Positions 1 to 12,289 of a stretch of DNA of 64,000 bases are shown here, in pieces. The stretch is from the NCBI RefSeq assembly GCF_018977255.1, contig NW_024704743.1:72480001-72544000 (forward strand), written 5' to 3'. The notes beneath the pieces are model-generated. The model was not told where the DNA came from. It saw only the letters and a list, made by a program, of their open reading frames with translations, and searched no databases. This DNA comes from Callorhinchus milii (lineage: Eukaryota). A program made the position numbers and the translations under genes. Numbering within the stretch: the first letter of the stretch is position 1; every line of letters starts with the position of its first letter.

Positions 1-179
1 ATACAAAATTCCATTTGTATAGTGCCTTTCATGTCAGGAGGATGTGTTATATTAATACATCAAATTTGTTAAGAAACATCGCAATTTCTCATCAATATTT
101 ACAAATCGACTGTAGTTGTGAATCTCTCTCTCCCCCTACCTTCCCCCAATCCCAACCTTATAATAATAATAATAATAAC

Positions 180-840
180 CTTCAGCACAATGGTTGGATC
201 TGAAGCCAATCTGTGGATTTCTGTGTACCCTTTTCGACCCCCATGGAACACTTCACCTGCAATTCAGTATTTCGATGTCTCACAGATATCATAACCATTG
301 CATCGTAACATAAGCGGCCCAAACGATAACAATGGCAGCGCAGAAATCTTTGGAGTCCTGTAGCTCAGTCGTTAGAGCACTCGCTTTGCAAGTGAGAGAC
401 CTGAGTTCAATTCCAGACAGGGCGAAACCTTGGGCAAGTTTCCTTACTCCACACGCCTAATAGTAATCCCTCAAAAACCAAAAACAATAATAAATTGGTC
501 ATTTTCAATCTACGACTGTTTGTGGGACATTGCTGTGCGCAATTGGCTGCCGCGTTCGCCCACAAATATACAGTCAATTCACTTTACAGCGTGTTCAGTG
601 AAGCGCTTTGGGACATCCTCCCGACGTAAAAAGCGCTATATCAAATGCAAGGATTATTATTATTATTTGCACCAGCTTAGGCTCAACCATTATTTACATC
701 CATGACCAGTTGTTTTAATTGCAATATTTCTTGACACATCTTTAACAAATTCCAACCTGTTCAGATTCTTGTAATTTTCACCTCTATCTTCAATCAGTGT
801 CTTCATTTTGTATTCCCTCATAGGTAGTTTATTTGTAAAC
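180..840 (-). pseudogene. Possible hAT transposase relic (N-terminal part of catalytic domain), split by a SINE
   Basis: Minus frames give KLPMREYKMKTLIEDRGENYKNLNRLEF (cf. P..VE..GF..L....P.Y..PSR), then FCAAIVIVW (cf. F.LT.D.W) and SNHCAE (cf. HT.EN), in the expected order. Confidence 0.3.
352..667 (+). mobile_element. Young tRNA-derived SINE (short form, Deu-like centre, L2-type tail)
   Basis: A box tagctcagtcgttagagc, B box gttcaattcc, centre tgtttgtgggacattgctgtgcgcaattggctgccgcgtt, tail ending aatgcaagg(att)n; many near-identical copies in the window. Confidence 0.92.
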
Positions 841-910
841 ATTATTAATCCTTGCATTTGATATAGTGCCTTATCGCGCTTTTGAGACGTTTCAAAGCGC
901 TTCACATTGT
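841..910 (-). mobile_element. SINE 3' tail fragment
   Basis: Reverse complement of the gtgaagcgctttga...atcaaatgcaaggatt tail. Confidence 0.75.
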
Positions 911-1309
911 GCAAAATCACAATTTTAATCATCAACAGTTATATTAAAGTACCCAATATTGACTTCACTTATGAAAAATGCATTGTGTATTTACTCCATG
1001 GTCCCCATGTGTATTGAAATTAATTCATTAAATGTTGTGCTCCCAACTCAGCGATAAAGAATGCATGAATAAATGATGATGTTAAATTTCATGAACAAAA
1101 TCAAATTCACACTGTGTCTATAGAGTGAACTCACTTTGCATTTTAATAAATGGAAGCTTGTAGAAGGTGTTTTGCAAGACATTGAAATGAATAAATTAAA
1201 ACTCTGGGAAGCTACTCAGACTGGATCAGTGCAGTTTAATACTCCAGTAACTGGATCATATCTCTGAAAAGCTTTTATTGAATTAAACTCATTTTGTGTT
1301 TAGCTGGGT

Positions 1310-1545
1310 GCCTGACACATGCAGAAACCCAGCCCATGCTTATGAGTATCTAAACCAAACCTCTAAGAGATTAATATATGTTTTGTTTGCATTTGTCTAG
1401 TATAGCGTGCATATTCTCTCTCTAGAGGGTTGTACAATGATCTAATTCTGGAGAGTGTAGATACACTTGGGTATGATCTCACTTAGGTTGGCAAGAGAAA
1501 AGCTTAGGGACCCCAGGGTGTGCATTGGCAGTAGCTGGCAATTAA
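1310..1545 (-). repeat. Unclassified interspersed repeat, copy 1 of about 4
   Basis: Reverse complement shares ctcttgccaacct and ggtttggtttagatactc.taagcatgg with 23590-23680, 42040-42210 and 51045-51250. Confidence 0.6.
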
Positions 1546-2164
1546 TGAGCTAACACTTGCCATTCAAAATACTGGCGTATCCACCAAGAACACCCATTAA
1601 GGCTTTGGCTTGCAGGTTTAACAGGAACCAAGTGGGAAGAATCCCAGCCTCTAGAGACTGGAATAGTCCTCCACATCCTGCTAATGAGGTAGACTGGCTC
1701 AGGAAGCAGACGACCGAGATCACCACAAAGGATCAATTTATTCTGATATTCCGTTCTCAGGAATATCATCTTAGAGTACGCTCAGTCCCAAAGATTCCAC
1801 CCCACACCCACCACAGGATTTCATTTTGATTAACTGAGTAACAATTTACTAATAATTTGATTTGGATCACCATGGTCAGTGTAAATGTTATAAAGTAGAG
1901 TAAATGCTAGAGTAAAGCTGAGTTTGGTCCATTATTTGAACAAACTCAAGTCCAGATAAGCATTTTCTTTCCATGTGAATGTATTTACAGAGTAGAATGA
2001 GGAGCCAAATCAATACTACATGATAGCTGAGATCAAAGGATATGCTAGTTATTTTAAGTGAATATTTGTGGTCTGGATCTCCAAAGGTAGAGCACAGTAG
2101 AATGGAATGGCACCTATTGTAAATACTGCAATTTTGATCTTAAGGTTTTCAGGCCAGAGTAAGT

Positions 2165-2525
2165 AAATGTTTAAGATTATCAAAGGATTTGATTAGGTGA
2201 ATATTAATACACTGTTTCCACTTGCTAGTAAGTCCAAAGAAGGGGACATAAACGTAAGGTATCTAACAGCAGATTTAAAAGAGAGTTTAGGATGAACTTC
2301 AATACGCAGAGGATGCTGAGAATGTGGAACTCACTGCCAGATACTGTGGTTGAAGCAAAAAGCATCAATGTATTTAAAAGGAAACTTGATACATACAAGA
2401 GTGAGAAAGGACTCAATGATATAGGAGAGGGGAACAGGAGGAGTGCAGGCTTGACTGAAGTATAAATACTGGTTGGGCTGAATGGCCTGTTTCTTTGTTG
2501 TATTGTTCCGTATAATTTTATGTAA
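2165..2525 (+). mobile_element. CR1 LINE 3' fragment
   Basis: FKIIKGFD and WNSLP-type ORF2 C-terminus followed by 3'UTR gggctgaatggcctgtttct. Confidence 0.85.
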
Positions 2526-2599
2526 TCCTAGGAACAAAATTCTGTAGCGTTTATACTGTTAAAATATGATTTTCATTTTCATAGTTCTAGACTTGTAGG

Positions 2600-3420
2600 C
2601 TTATTATCAACAAGCATAGATCAATTTGGCAACTCTAGTGCAAACATATAGCTCAAAATTAATTACAAATGGTCTTGTCTCAAGACTGAAAACTCAGTCT
2701 GCAAATGGAAAGCATTTTTTTATTTTCCTGTTCACAGAGAGCCAAAGATATTCAATACACTACTTACTGTCATTGGCAGCTGTTACATCAGTGTACTCAC
2801 ATGGCATCACAATATATCAGTGCTTTCTCTGTTAATACATCTGTGACACATGATGAAACAAAATTGATGCATGTAATTCTTAGGTGTTGATGGATGATTT
2901 GCCGACATGTCGATATACTTCAACAGCACTGATGCTTACTGTTAGCACATCAGAATGTACTTAGCATTGATATCCCAAATATATATATATATCAGGATTA
3001 ATCAAAGGGCCCTATTGGAAACCGTGGGTCTAAAGCTAGTTGTTGGATATCCCAGATATGAAGAAGGTGTAAAAGAAGGGAATGAAAGAATTAATTCGAT
3101 AGTCAGCTAGTCTGGAATCTGCTGTTTCACCTCAACAACAAGATTTCATTTATATCCCTGGCTCTTGAGTTGTGGGATTCACACCTTGGTTTAATAACAA
3201 AAAACCTTTACTCGAGGTTTGTGTAGACTGGCTGAATACCTGCTTTAAAACAATGCTCTCTTTGAATTATCTGAGATCAGCGATCAAAGGAACTGTACAT
3301 ACAGTATTCAAGAAGGGACTTTTCTCTAATTTGTTCAGGAAACAGAGAAGTCAGTTAGAGATTTGATTCTTCACCTAGACATTGCCTTTGCACAGTTTTA
3401 CATCACCACTTCAAAAACTT
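2600..3420 (+). pseudogene. hAT/ZBED-like transposase relic (catalytic region)
   Basis: Plus frames: IQYTTYCHW...YISAF (cf. LTTD.W...Y.S.T.H), KLMHVILRC, LDIPDMKK (cf. TDNA.NM.K), CGIHTLV (CxxH), in order. Confidence 0.4.
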
Positions 3421-3439
3421 AATCACCGCAACAAGTTTT

Positions 3440-3840
3440 AGACCTTTGGTTCCCTATCCTTCGGAGGATCGCCCCCCCTACCTCTGTGACCTCCTAAGCC
3501 CCTACCAAGCCGCCCGCTCCTCCACTCAGCCGGCTCTGGCCTGCTCCACGTCCCCCGACCCATCCGCCCCACCATTGGCGAGAGAGCCTTCAGCCACTCT
3601 GCCCCCAACCTCTGGAATTCCATTTCCCAATCACTCCACCTCGCCCCCTCTTTAGCCTCCTTCAAGTCCTAGCTCAAAGTCCTCCTCTTTGACCATGCCA
3701 TCGGCCACCTCCCTTCCCCTCCCCTCCCTTCTCCGTCCCTGACCCCAGCTCAGGTCTAAAATGCTGTACACTGTCCAGCGCCTTGGGACGTCCTCCCGAC
3801 GTGAAAGACGCTATACAAATGTAATTTTGTTGTTGTTGCT
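3440..3840 (+). mobile_element. L2 LINE 3' fragment
   Basis: PPYLCDLL and AFS.SAP.LWNS motifs; tail gcgccttgggacgtcctcccgacgtgaaa...(ttg)n. Confidence 0.9.
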
Positions 3841-4902
3841 ATTGGTAATTTTAGAAACTCCATGGTAACATTTGGAGAAGATTGAGTTTCTCTTAAAAAA
3901 AGATTTTTCAGTAACCCCTACTAGTAGGTAAAACCTGCTCTCCAGTAAGTGGTTTGTTCCTCTCAGGATTCTGGCAAAGCTATTTTGTGTTACCCTGAGG
4001 CATGCAAGTTTGTAGTTTAAAATAATAAGCCTTGCATTTCATATAATGCCTTTCTCATTTGAAGACCTCTCAAAGTGCTTCACAGAATTTATCGAAATGA
4101 TTTTGGCATTTTGTAGAATTTTGCAAATATTAGGCGCTGCATTGGGCTCTAGGTTTTAGTTTAATTTTTTTAGGTTTTTTTCAGGTCTTAGTTTAGTTTA
4201 ATATTTCTCCCCAGTGTTGCTTTGATTATGAAGCCTGAAATCCATGTTGTCCTAGACCAAAAAGATAATTTATAGCAATTGTATTAGCTAGTTCCAAAGT
4301 CTCCATGCTGATTACCTATAGTTAAGTTTGCGGCCTAGATTTTAGTCCACCGGGGCAGACCAATATTCGGAAAGCAATATTAAACACACACCAAAAATTC
4401 TAGAACTTGATGTAGGGACCAACATTTAGGACNAAAAAAGCGTTCGCTTCAGAGTCCAAAAAATGGCAATGTTCAGACATTGAGAGGAACAAACCATTTA
4501 GCTGGATAGGGGTTTACTGCCTGCATGTAGTTATCAAGAATTTCTTACTATATTGAAGTAATTCTCTATGTAAAACAGATTTACACCTGCATTAAAATAA
4601 ATTGTACAAATAAAGCTGGGCACTTGAACTATTATGTTTTATAACTCTTACACTTTATAACAGTCTTAAATTTTCGTTAAAGGAAAACAGCTTGCTGCTA
4701 TGATGAGAAAACGATAGGGTGGGTGTTCTGGAGGAATGAAATCAGATGGGCCGAGGCCCTTTTTGTCCAAACTAATGTTTTGATCTTGTGATAATATAAG
4801 ACTCCACATATTTTGTACAGTATGAAGGACTACATAGAATTGTATCATCAGAGGAAGTCATTGGCCCATCAGGCTCAAGCTGGTGGTATATCACCTAGTG
4901 TT

Positions 4903-5112
4903 CATAGGATCATAGAATCATGGAATTATACAGCATAGAAGGAGGCCACTCGGCCCATCTTGTCTGTGTGCCTCTTTGAAAAGAGCTATTCAATTCAATC
5001 CCACTCCCCTGCTCTCTCCCCATAGCCCTGCAAACTTGTCCTCCCAAAATAATTATCTACTTCTCTCTCAAAAGTTGCTATCGAATTGGCTTCCACCACA
5101 CTATCAGGCAAT
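4903..5112 (-). mobile_element. CR1 LINE 3' end
   Basis: (catagaat)n tail plus agaaggaggccactcggccc, homologous to the other CR1 3' ends here. Confidence 0.85.
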
Positions 5113-5529
5113 GGATTCTCTCCTGATACCTTTTATGTATGATGTTCTTTCCTGATGCCTTTTACATTCTTCCTCTTCAACTTTTGGTCTCGACTTCAGT
5201 AACTGTCTGACTATCATTCCATGTCTCTGTGATGATGGAGATTTGGGGTGAAGGAGAACAGAAAGAAAAGCATACTCTAGTCTCCTTTGCCACAGTATGA
5301 ATGGATCATTGAGAACAATAGTTTCATATTCAAACTGTGACATTTGCTTCTGGGATGGTAAGATCTGGTATTTTATCAGTGTGCAATAGATACAAGTGGT
5401 GGATAAAACAGAGAAACATTTCTGGAGATTCTTTCAACAATTCCAAACAGACTGATGATCACAAGCAGTACATGTTACTAGTTGTTAGAACAGGGAAAAC
5501 TTTGCTACAAGGATATTGAGACAAGAAAG

Positions 5530-5695
5530 ACATTTAAAAGGAATGTGGATAAAGATTTGAAGAGTGTAAAGAGGTACGGATCAAGAACGGAAAATTTGGA
5601 TTCGAGTAGATACCTTCAGTGGATGAGCAAGTACTACCTAAGACCTGATGTATAGCATGGCCTTCTCCTATGCTGTGATTTCTATGATTTCATGC
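5530..5695 (+). mobile_element. Old CR1 3' end
   Basis: catttaaaaggaatgtggat...atggccttctcctatgctgtgatttctatgattt. Confidence 0.6.
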
Positions 5696-5699
5696 CAAA

Positions 5700-6270
5700 A
5701 GGTGCACAACATAGAACTTTGGCTTCAGATGCCATTACGACAATTGATGCTGAGCATTCATTCTCTACGCATGGAAAGGTTTTCAAAGGCATTATACAAT
5801 TGTGATTTTTGTTTTCCATCTATAAATCTTCCTTCGTTTCTGGATTTTTTTTTCAACTTTTTATTTCCCTTGTGCCTCAAATCGAACCTTGGCTGAAAGG
5901 ATAGACTGGCATCAGCCCTTTCCTGGAACTTTCAAGGCAGTGACTATTAGGTATATAAAATTGAGCTGGATTTTTTCCTTTAATTTTCCTTTACTCTTTG
6001 TTGGGACGTACCCAAGCTCCACTATTGCAAATGCACTTGACAAAATACAACGTCAAACTATTAATTGTACTGACATTTTCTAAGAATATTGAATTGCTTC
6101 ACTGAGGGAACCAATTAATCTAAATTCAAATGTTCATGAAGTGGTTCCTTGTTCAACAAAGGAGCCTAGTGTTTGTTTTGAACAATTCCATATGCTTTTT
6201 ATTATCAACACCACATGCCATTTTGGTTTTATTGATGGGAAAATGCATGTAGATATACGAATATTGTTCT
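5700..6270 (+). pseudogene. hAT transposase relic, N-terminal half of catalytic domain; continues at about 9240-9520 after the CR1 insertion
   Basis: FPSINLPS; RIDWHQPFPGTFKAVTIRYIKLSWIF (cf. TD.W....F.AVT.HFI...W.L); STIANALDKI (cf. HT..NIA..L..I); VCFEQFHMLFIIN (cf. CFAH.LNL.V). Confidence 0.55.
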
Positions 6271-6276
6271 GCACTT

Positions 6277-9075
6277 TAGAAACATAGAAATAGGAGTAGG
6301 CCATTCAATCCCGCGAGCCTGGTCTGCCATTCTATAAGATCATGGCTGATCTGTACCTTAAGTCCAATTACCCACGCTTGCCCTTAATATCCTGACCTAA
6401 CAAATATCTATGCACCTCAGTCTTGAAAATGTGTATGTATCCAGCATTCACAGCCTTTTGGGGGAGAGAGTTCCAGATTTCCATTACATTTTGGGTGAAA
6501 AAGTACCTCTTAATTTCACTCCTAAATGGCCTGGCTCTAATTTTAAGACTATGCCCCCTTGTTCTGGATTCCTCTAGCAGAGGAAACAGTTTCTCTGTAT
6601 CTACCCTATCAAATCCCTTTATTATTTTAAAAACCTCAATCAGATCACCGCTCAACCTTCTAAGTTCAAGGAATAGAGACCAAGTTTTTGCAATCTGGCC
6701 TCATAATTTAACCCTTTAGGCTCTGGTATCATTCTGGTGAATCTGTGTTGCACTCGCTCCAGAGCCAATATATCCTTCCTGAAGTGCAGTGCCCAAAACT
6801 GAAATCAGTACTCCAGATGGGGTCTGACCAAGACTCTACATAGTTGAAGTATCATTTCCTCTCCCTTATATTCCAACCTCCTTGAGATAAAGCCCAACAT
6901 CCCATTAGCCTTTTTGATAATGTTTTGTACCTGTGAGCTTGTTTCGTCCACAGTTCTTAGTTTCCCTTCATTTAGAAAATATTCTGTTTTGCTATTTTTG
7001 GATCCATAGTGGAGACTTCACATATCCCCACATTGAATTCCATCTGCCACAGTTTTGCCCACTCACTTAATTTGTCTAAGTCCCTTTGTAACTTCCTGCT
7101 CCCATCTACACAATTCACTCTGCCTCCTAACTTTGTGTTATCTGCAAATTTGAATATAAAACTTTCTGTTCCTTCATCCCAGTCATTTATATATATGATG
7201 AAAAGCTGATGCCCCAGTACAGACCCCTGGGGAACATTACTTGACACATCCCATCAATCAGAGAATATTCTTTTATCCCTACTCTCTGTTTTCTGCCTCC
7301 CAACCAACTACCAAGCCACATCGCAAGTTTACCTCCAATTCCATGTGCTTTTATTTTTGCTAATAACCTCTTGTGCGGATGCTTATCAATGCCTTCTGGA
7401 AGTCCATGTAGACGACATCCATAGACATTTTTTTAACTGCCATGCTAGTGACCTCCTCAAAACATTCAAATAGATTCGTCAGACATGACCTACCCTTCAC
7501 GAATCCATGCTGACTCTCTTTGATTAGCTCATACTTATCCAAGTGCTCAGTCACTCTGTCCCTGATGAGAGATTCCAGTAACTTCCCCATAACTGAAGTT
7601 AAACTGACAGGTCTGTAGTTACCTGTTATTTCCTTCCCTCCCTTCTTAAATATTGGAGTGATATTTGCAATTCTCCAATCCAAGGGCACAATTCCCAAAT
7701 ATACAAAGCTTTATAAAATTCTGACTAATGAATCTGTATTTTCCTCCCCTACTTCTTTTAATACCCTGGGGTGGAATCTAACAGGTCCTGGAGATTTGTC
7801 TATCTTTAATCCCATTATTTTCTCCATTACAATTTTTAATTTATTTTAAATCCACTTGGTACTTCTCTTTGGCTTATTTTTAGGTTCCCTTGTCCCATTG
7901 GTATTTTGTCCTCTTCCTCTACTGTGAAAACAGAAGCAAAGTATTCATTCAACAAGCCTGCCATTTCCTTATTGTCCATTATAGTCTCATCTACATCTGA
8001 CTTTAATGTGCTCACATTCCTCTTTACCACTCTCTTTCTCTTAATATATTTATAAAATCTTTACTGTTGCCCTTGACGTCCTTGTAAGTTTTTTCTCATA
8101 TTGCCATTTTGCACCCCTTTTTGCTTTCTTTGCATTTCTTTGTTGCTTTTTTTTAAGTCTCCCAGTCTCCTGGATTTCCACTTTTTTTTGCATTAGTGTT
8201 CTTTTAGTTTGATGCTGCGTCTTACCTCATTTGTCAACCATGGTTGTTGAACTAGACAAGTGGAGCTTTTGTGTTTTAGGGGTATGTACTGGTTTTGTAT
8301 TGTACCAAATTCTTCTTTGAATACTTCCCACTTGTACTTCCATGGATTTTCCCATTAACAGTTCAGCCCAATTTACAGTAGTTAATTTATTTCACATCCC
8401 TTCAAAGTTTGCCTTGGTTAAATTTAAAATCTTGGTTTGTGACTCTCCCTTCTTCCTATATCAAATTCAATCATATTATGGTCATTATTTGCAAGATATT
8501 CTTTTACCGTCAGATTGGTAGCTAATTCTGGTTCATTACTCATCACCAAATCTAGTATGGCATGTTTCCTTGTCAGTTCTAAAACATATTGTTCCAGAAA
8601 ACTGTCCTGAATACATTCTAGAAATGTGTTGCCTTGCCTACTTGAGCTATTCTGAGTCTCCCAGTGTATATGAAAATTAAAATCTCCCATTACAACCACA
8701 TTGATTTTGTTATATGCTTTCTTGATCTTTGTATTTATACATCCCCCCCTACATCACTACTGTCCGGAGGTCTGTAGACAACTCTCAACAGAGTCCTGCT
8801 GCCTTTGCTGTTCCTTAATTCTACCCATAGTGTTTCCACGGCCTGATCACCCTTACTGAAATCTTTTCTTTCTACTGCTGTAGTTGTGTCCTTTATCAAC
8901 GTTGCTACTCCTCCTCCTTTCCCAATTTCTCTGTCCTTTCTAAAGAACTTTAGACCTGGAATATTTAGCTCCCAGTCATGCCTAGCTTGTAGCCAGGTCT
9001 TTTCAATAGCTATTACATTATAACCTTTAAGCTAAATTTGTGCTTCTAACTCACTTATTTTATTTCTTATGTTTA
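6277..9075 (-). mobile_element. CR1 LINE covering nearly all of ORF2 (APE endonuclease plus RT), degenerate and 5'-truncated
   Basis: VVMGDFNF and ILDLVMSNE (APE); DWRIANITPIFKKG, NYRPVSLTS, QHGFVKGRSCLTNL, YMDFQKA, VPQGSVLG, KFADNTKL (RT); TRGHSLK...WNSLP; 3' tail near 6277. Confidence 0.96.
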
Positions 9076-9239
9076 CTCGGGTAACTGTCCTCACCCTGCC
9101 CATATCCCTTGACAGTGTTTTTCTCACACTTTTTGTCTTGTCACACTTTTTGGATGTACTTCCTATAATCCTTTTCCTTCTCAGAATATGTTTTCTTTGT
9201 TACTTTCATTGAAATCCCTACAGGTTTCTAAAAATAACT

Positions 9240-9520
9240 ACCCCCAATACAAGACTTCTCCATAGATTACTACTGACATTTAAGCATCTAAAACTATCGT
9301 ACTTTTGTAAAGGTTCCATGGGCCTAAAAGAAGACAAAAGAGGAATACTCGGTATTGCATAAAGGCAATATGAAGATTATTTGTGGTTCTCTCAAGGTTT
9401 TTTTTGTAAATAGTCGTTTTTTATTTAGGTCTGTCAATCGCAGACAATTTCTTTGAATAAAATGCCTACAATTATGGTAAGTAATACAACCACTTTGCTT
9501 TAGTCTCACCTCTTAGTTTT
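9240..9520 (+). pseudogene. Likely continuation of the plus-strand hAT relic begun at 5700
   Basis: HRLLLTFKHLKLSYFCKGS resembles LL.K.R.IV.YF..S and the 50.6 kb copy (SQLLTTSKHLVAYFK). Confidence 0.35.
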
Positions 9521-10049
9521 GTAAGGCATTCAACAAGATGCTAGCTGCAGAGGCAAGAATGAGGGAGGCTGAAAAGCAGCTAGTAAGTTATTCAGCTTTA
9601 GCAATTCCTCAAGTTATCATTTTAGCTGGTTAAACTCCTTGGTTAAATGCCTTGGCTGATGCCACCCTACTCCTTACTCTCCTGATTTAGATAAGCAGGG
9701 TTGGAATCCACAACCTTCTGACTCAGAGACGAAAACGCAACCAACTGTATCAAGCTGACCCTGAGCAGTCTCCAAAGCCAATTAAAGATATCAGAGTATA
9801 CACAAAATAATTAATACTACGGGATGAGTATTATTTTAGGAATGCTGGCAGTGTGTAGCATTGTGTCTCAGGCTAGCCTTCTGCACAGTCACACGATGCA
9901 GAGACCAGACATTGTACAGTCAACTCTCAGTAGAGTTTTATTGAATTCAGAAGAGTTTTATTGAATTTATTAAACTACATCTCACATCACATGAAAACCA
10001 TCCTTTACTACAATATCACAGTGTTAGAATATTAACAGCATGGAAAGTC

Positions 10050-10385
10050 CAATGTTTCCAGAATACGAGGACAATGTTGAACTGTACTCACTCAGGTCTC
10101 CATTACATGATCACAGGACAGCAATGATTTTACTGTTCCAAGAAATTCATATGCCATTGCTGATGTTCTTATGTTCAGTCATTTTAAGCTTGTAGCTTCC
10201 TAACAATACCATTCATTGCTTGCTTTGATTCTCATCCTGCTCATAAAATGTCTTCTTAATGCAGCAGAACATTTAATTATTTCAAGACCAGAGCAGACAA
10301 CTGGTTTATTTATGTCGCATTTAAGAGTGTCTAGAATTATGGCAAATTCTTAAATTCAGTCTTAATTTTGAAGCCAGTTTTCTCT
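10050..10385 (-). pseudogene. hAT relic fragment
   Basis: KTGFKIKTEFKNL; 29-nt exact match to 50090-50118; similar peptides at about 12450 and 20570. Confidence 0.4.
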
Positions 10386-10391
10386 AAGTTG

Positions 10392-10710
10392 TGGAGTCCT
10401 GTAGCTCAGTGGTTAGAGCACTCGCTTTGCAAGTGAGAGACCTGAGTTCAATTCCAGGCAGGGCGAAACCTTGGGCAAGTTTCCTTACTCCACACGCCTA
10501 ATAATAATCCCTCCAAAAACCAAAAACAATAATAAAAAATAAAAAAATTGGTCATGTTCAATCTACGACTGTTTGTGGGACATTGCTGTGCGCAATTGGC
10601 TGCCGCGTTCGCGCACAAATATACAGTCAATTCACTTTACAGTATATTCTGTGAAGCGCTTTGGGACGTCCTCCCGACGTGAAAAGCGCTATATCAAATG
10701 CAAGGATTAT
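10392..10710 (+). mobile_element. Young tRNA-derived SINE, full length, probable TSD taagtt
   Basis: A and B boxes, Deu-like centre, L2-matched tail; taagtt on both flanks. Confidence 0.93.
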
Positions 10711-11467
10711 AAGTTCTTCTAAGAACTACAGAAAAAAAACCTTCAACTGAGCTCAACTATTTGCCAAACTCTGGTGGTCTAAAATAACAATTACAAGTGT
10801 ATCTTTCACAGTGGAAGGCGACATTAATAGAGTAAATCTAGACCCAGGTGGAATTTTGCCCATGTGCACGTGAGCTAATAATGTTTACTAAACCACTAAA
10901 ATGAATGTTGCATATTCATTTCATACAATACAATTTCCTTAAAATTGTGAGAACAATTTACTGTTGACATAACCAAGGAAAAATCTTTTTAAAGCAAAAT
11001 TAGTAAGGAATAAAGAAATAATGTTTTTATTTTACATCGGGTTAACACACCAAAACATCTCAAAATGAATCACAATTAATTATTGCTAAGTGTAGTGACA
11101 GCAAGGTCCTGCAAACAGAGGTAAAGGACCATTTAATCCAGTTAGGACATTTGCATTCTAACATTGATGTGCGTTTGTGATGGCTCTGGATGGTTGTTAA
11201 TAAGCGTGAAGGGTGCTTTATAAATGTGAGTTGCCATTATTCTTTATTCCATTCCTCAACTTCAGACTTGGCTCAACTGCTATATTGTTTGGAGAGATGG
11301 AAAAAGAAGCTGTAGGATTTATTAAATATGCAGAAAAAGTTTGATGGGAGGGAGCAAGATCAGCAGGAATGAAGCACCTGAAGCAATCAGACATAAGACT
11401 TGAGAAATGTCGAGTGGAAAGACGAATATCTGAAAGAGTTTATTGAAAGAGGGATTAGAAAGAGGAG

Positions 11468-11800
11468 GCTCTCCCTCCGCTCAGCGGGCTCCAGCGTGCT
11501 TCACGTTCCCCGCCTTGCTCGCCCAATTATTGGTGGGTGGGCCTTCTGCCACTCTGCCCCCACCCTCTGGAACTCCATCCCGCAGTCCCTCCGCCTCGCC
11601 CCCTCCCTCGTCACCTTCAAGACCATCTCAAGACCCTCCTCTTCAACCATGCTTTTGATCACCCTGCTTCCCCACCCTGCCCTGCACCATCCCCGATCCC
11701 GACCCCCAGCTCGGGTCCAAAGCTGACTGTACAGTGCCTTAGGACATCCTCCTGATGTGAAAGGCGCTATACAAATGTAATTTTTTTTGCTGTTGTTGTA
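11468..11800 (+). mobile_element. L2 LINE 3' fragment
   Basis: SLRSAGS..LHVPR...GGWAFCHSAPTLWNSIP and L2 tail. Confidence 0.9.
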
Positions 11801-12289
11801 AAATATGAATGAACTAGAGTATTAGAAAAAGCCACAGGAGATAAAAGTGGATGCAGGTGTCTCCAGTGAGAAAGAGATAAAAATCAAACTGCAAAATACA
11901 GTAGTTTAAGGGTCATTTACAAATAACAATAAAAATACATCAATAATAATAAATAATGGTATATTTTGCTTTCTGTGGATTAGTAACAGAAATATACCTG
12001 ATGTACAGTACTGTGAGTTTAAACATTTCAAAGACATTCATGGTTGTGTTTTTGAGCAAGGAAAATTGGCTTGTAAAGCAGAGGAGGCACACATGGTATA
12101 AGTGGATGGTTTATGCTCTACTCTTCATATGATGTGTACTAATGATGCAATGTTTTCCAATTTCAGTCTGAATTATCACATTGTTTATTTGTGGTGTATA
12201 AAACAAAAACTTACAAAGTGAAATGAATTACTGCTCTTCAAAGCTGTAACCAAATAGTTTCCTGTGTCTCCCAGGTTTAGGACTTAGAC

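Noticed and set aside
352..425. tRNA-like sequence with A and B boxes
   Set aside because: It is the head of a multi-copy SINE that continues into body and tail, not a tRNA gene
4433..4433. Single ambiguous base n
   Set aside because: Assembly ambiguity only
9931..9968. Short tandem duplications (also at about 16545 and about 17515)
   Set aside because: Ordinary slippage-type duplications
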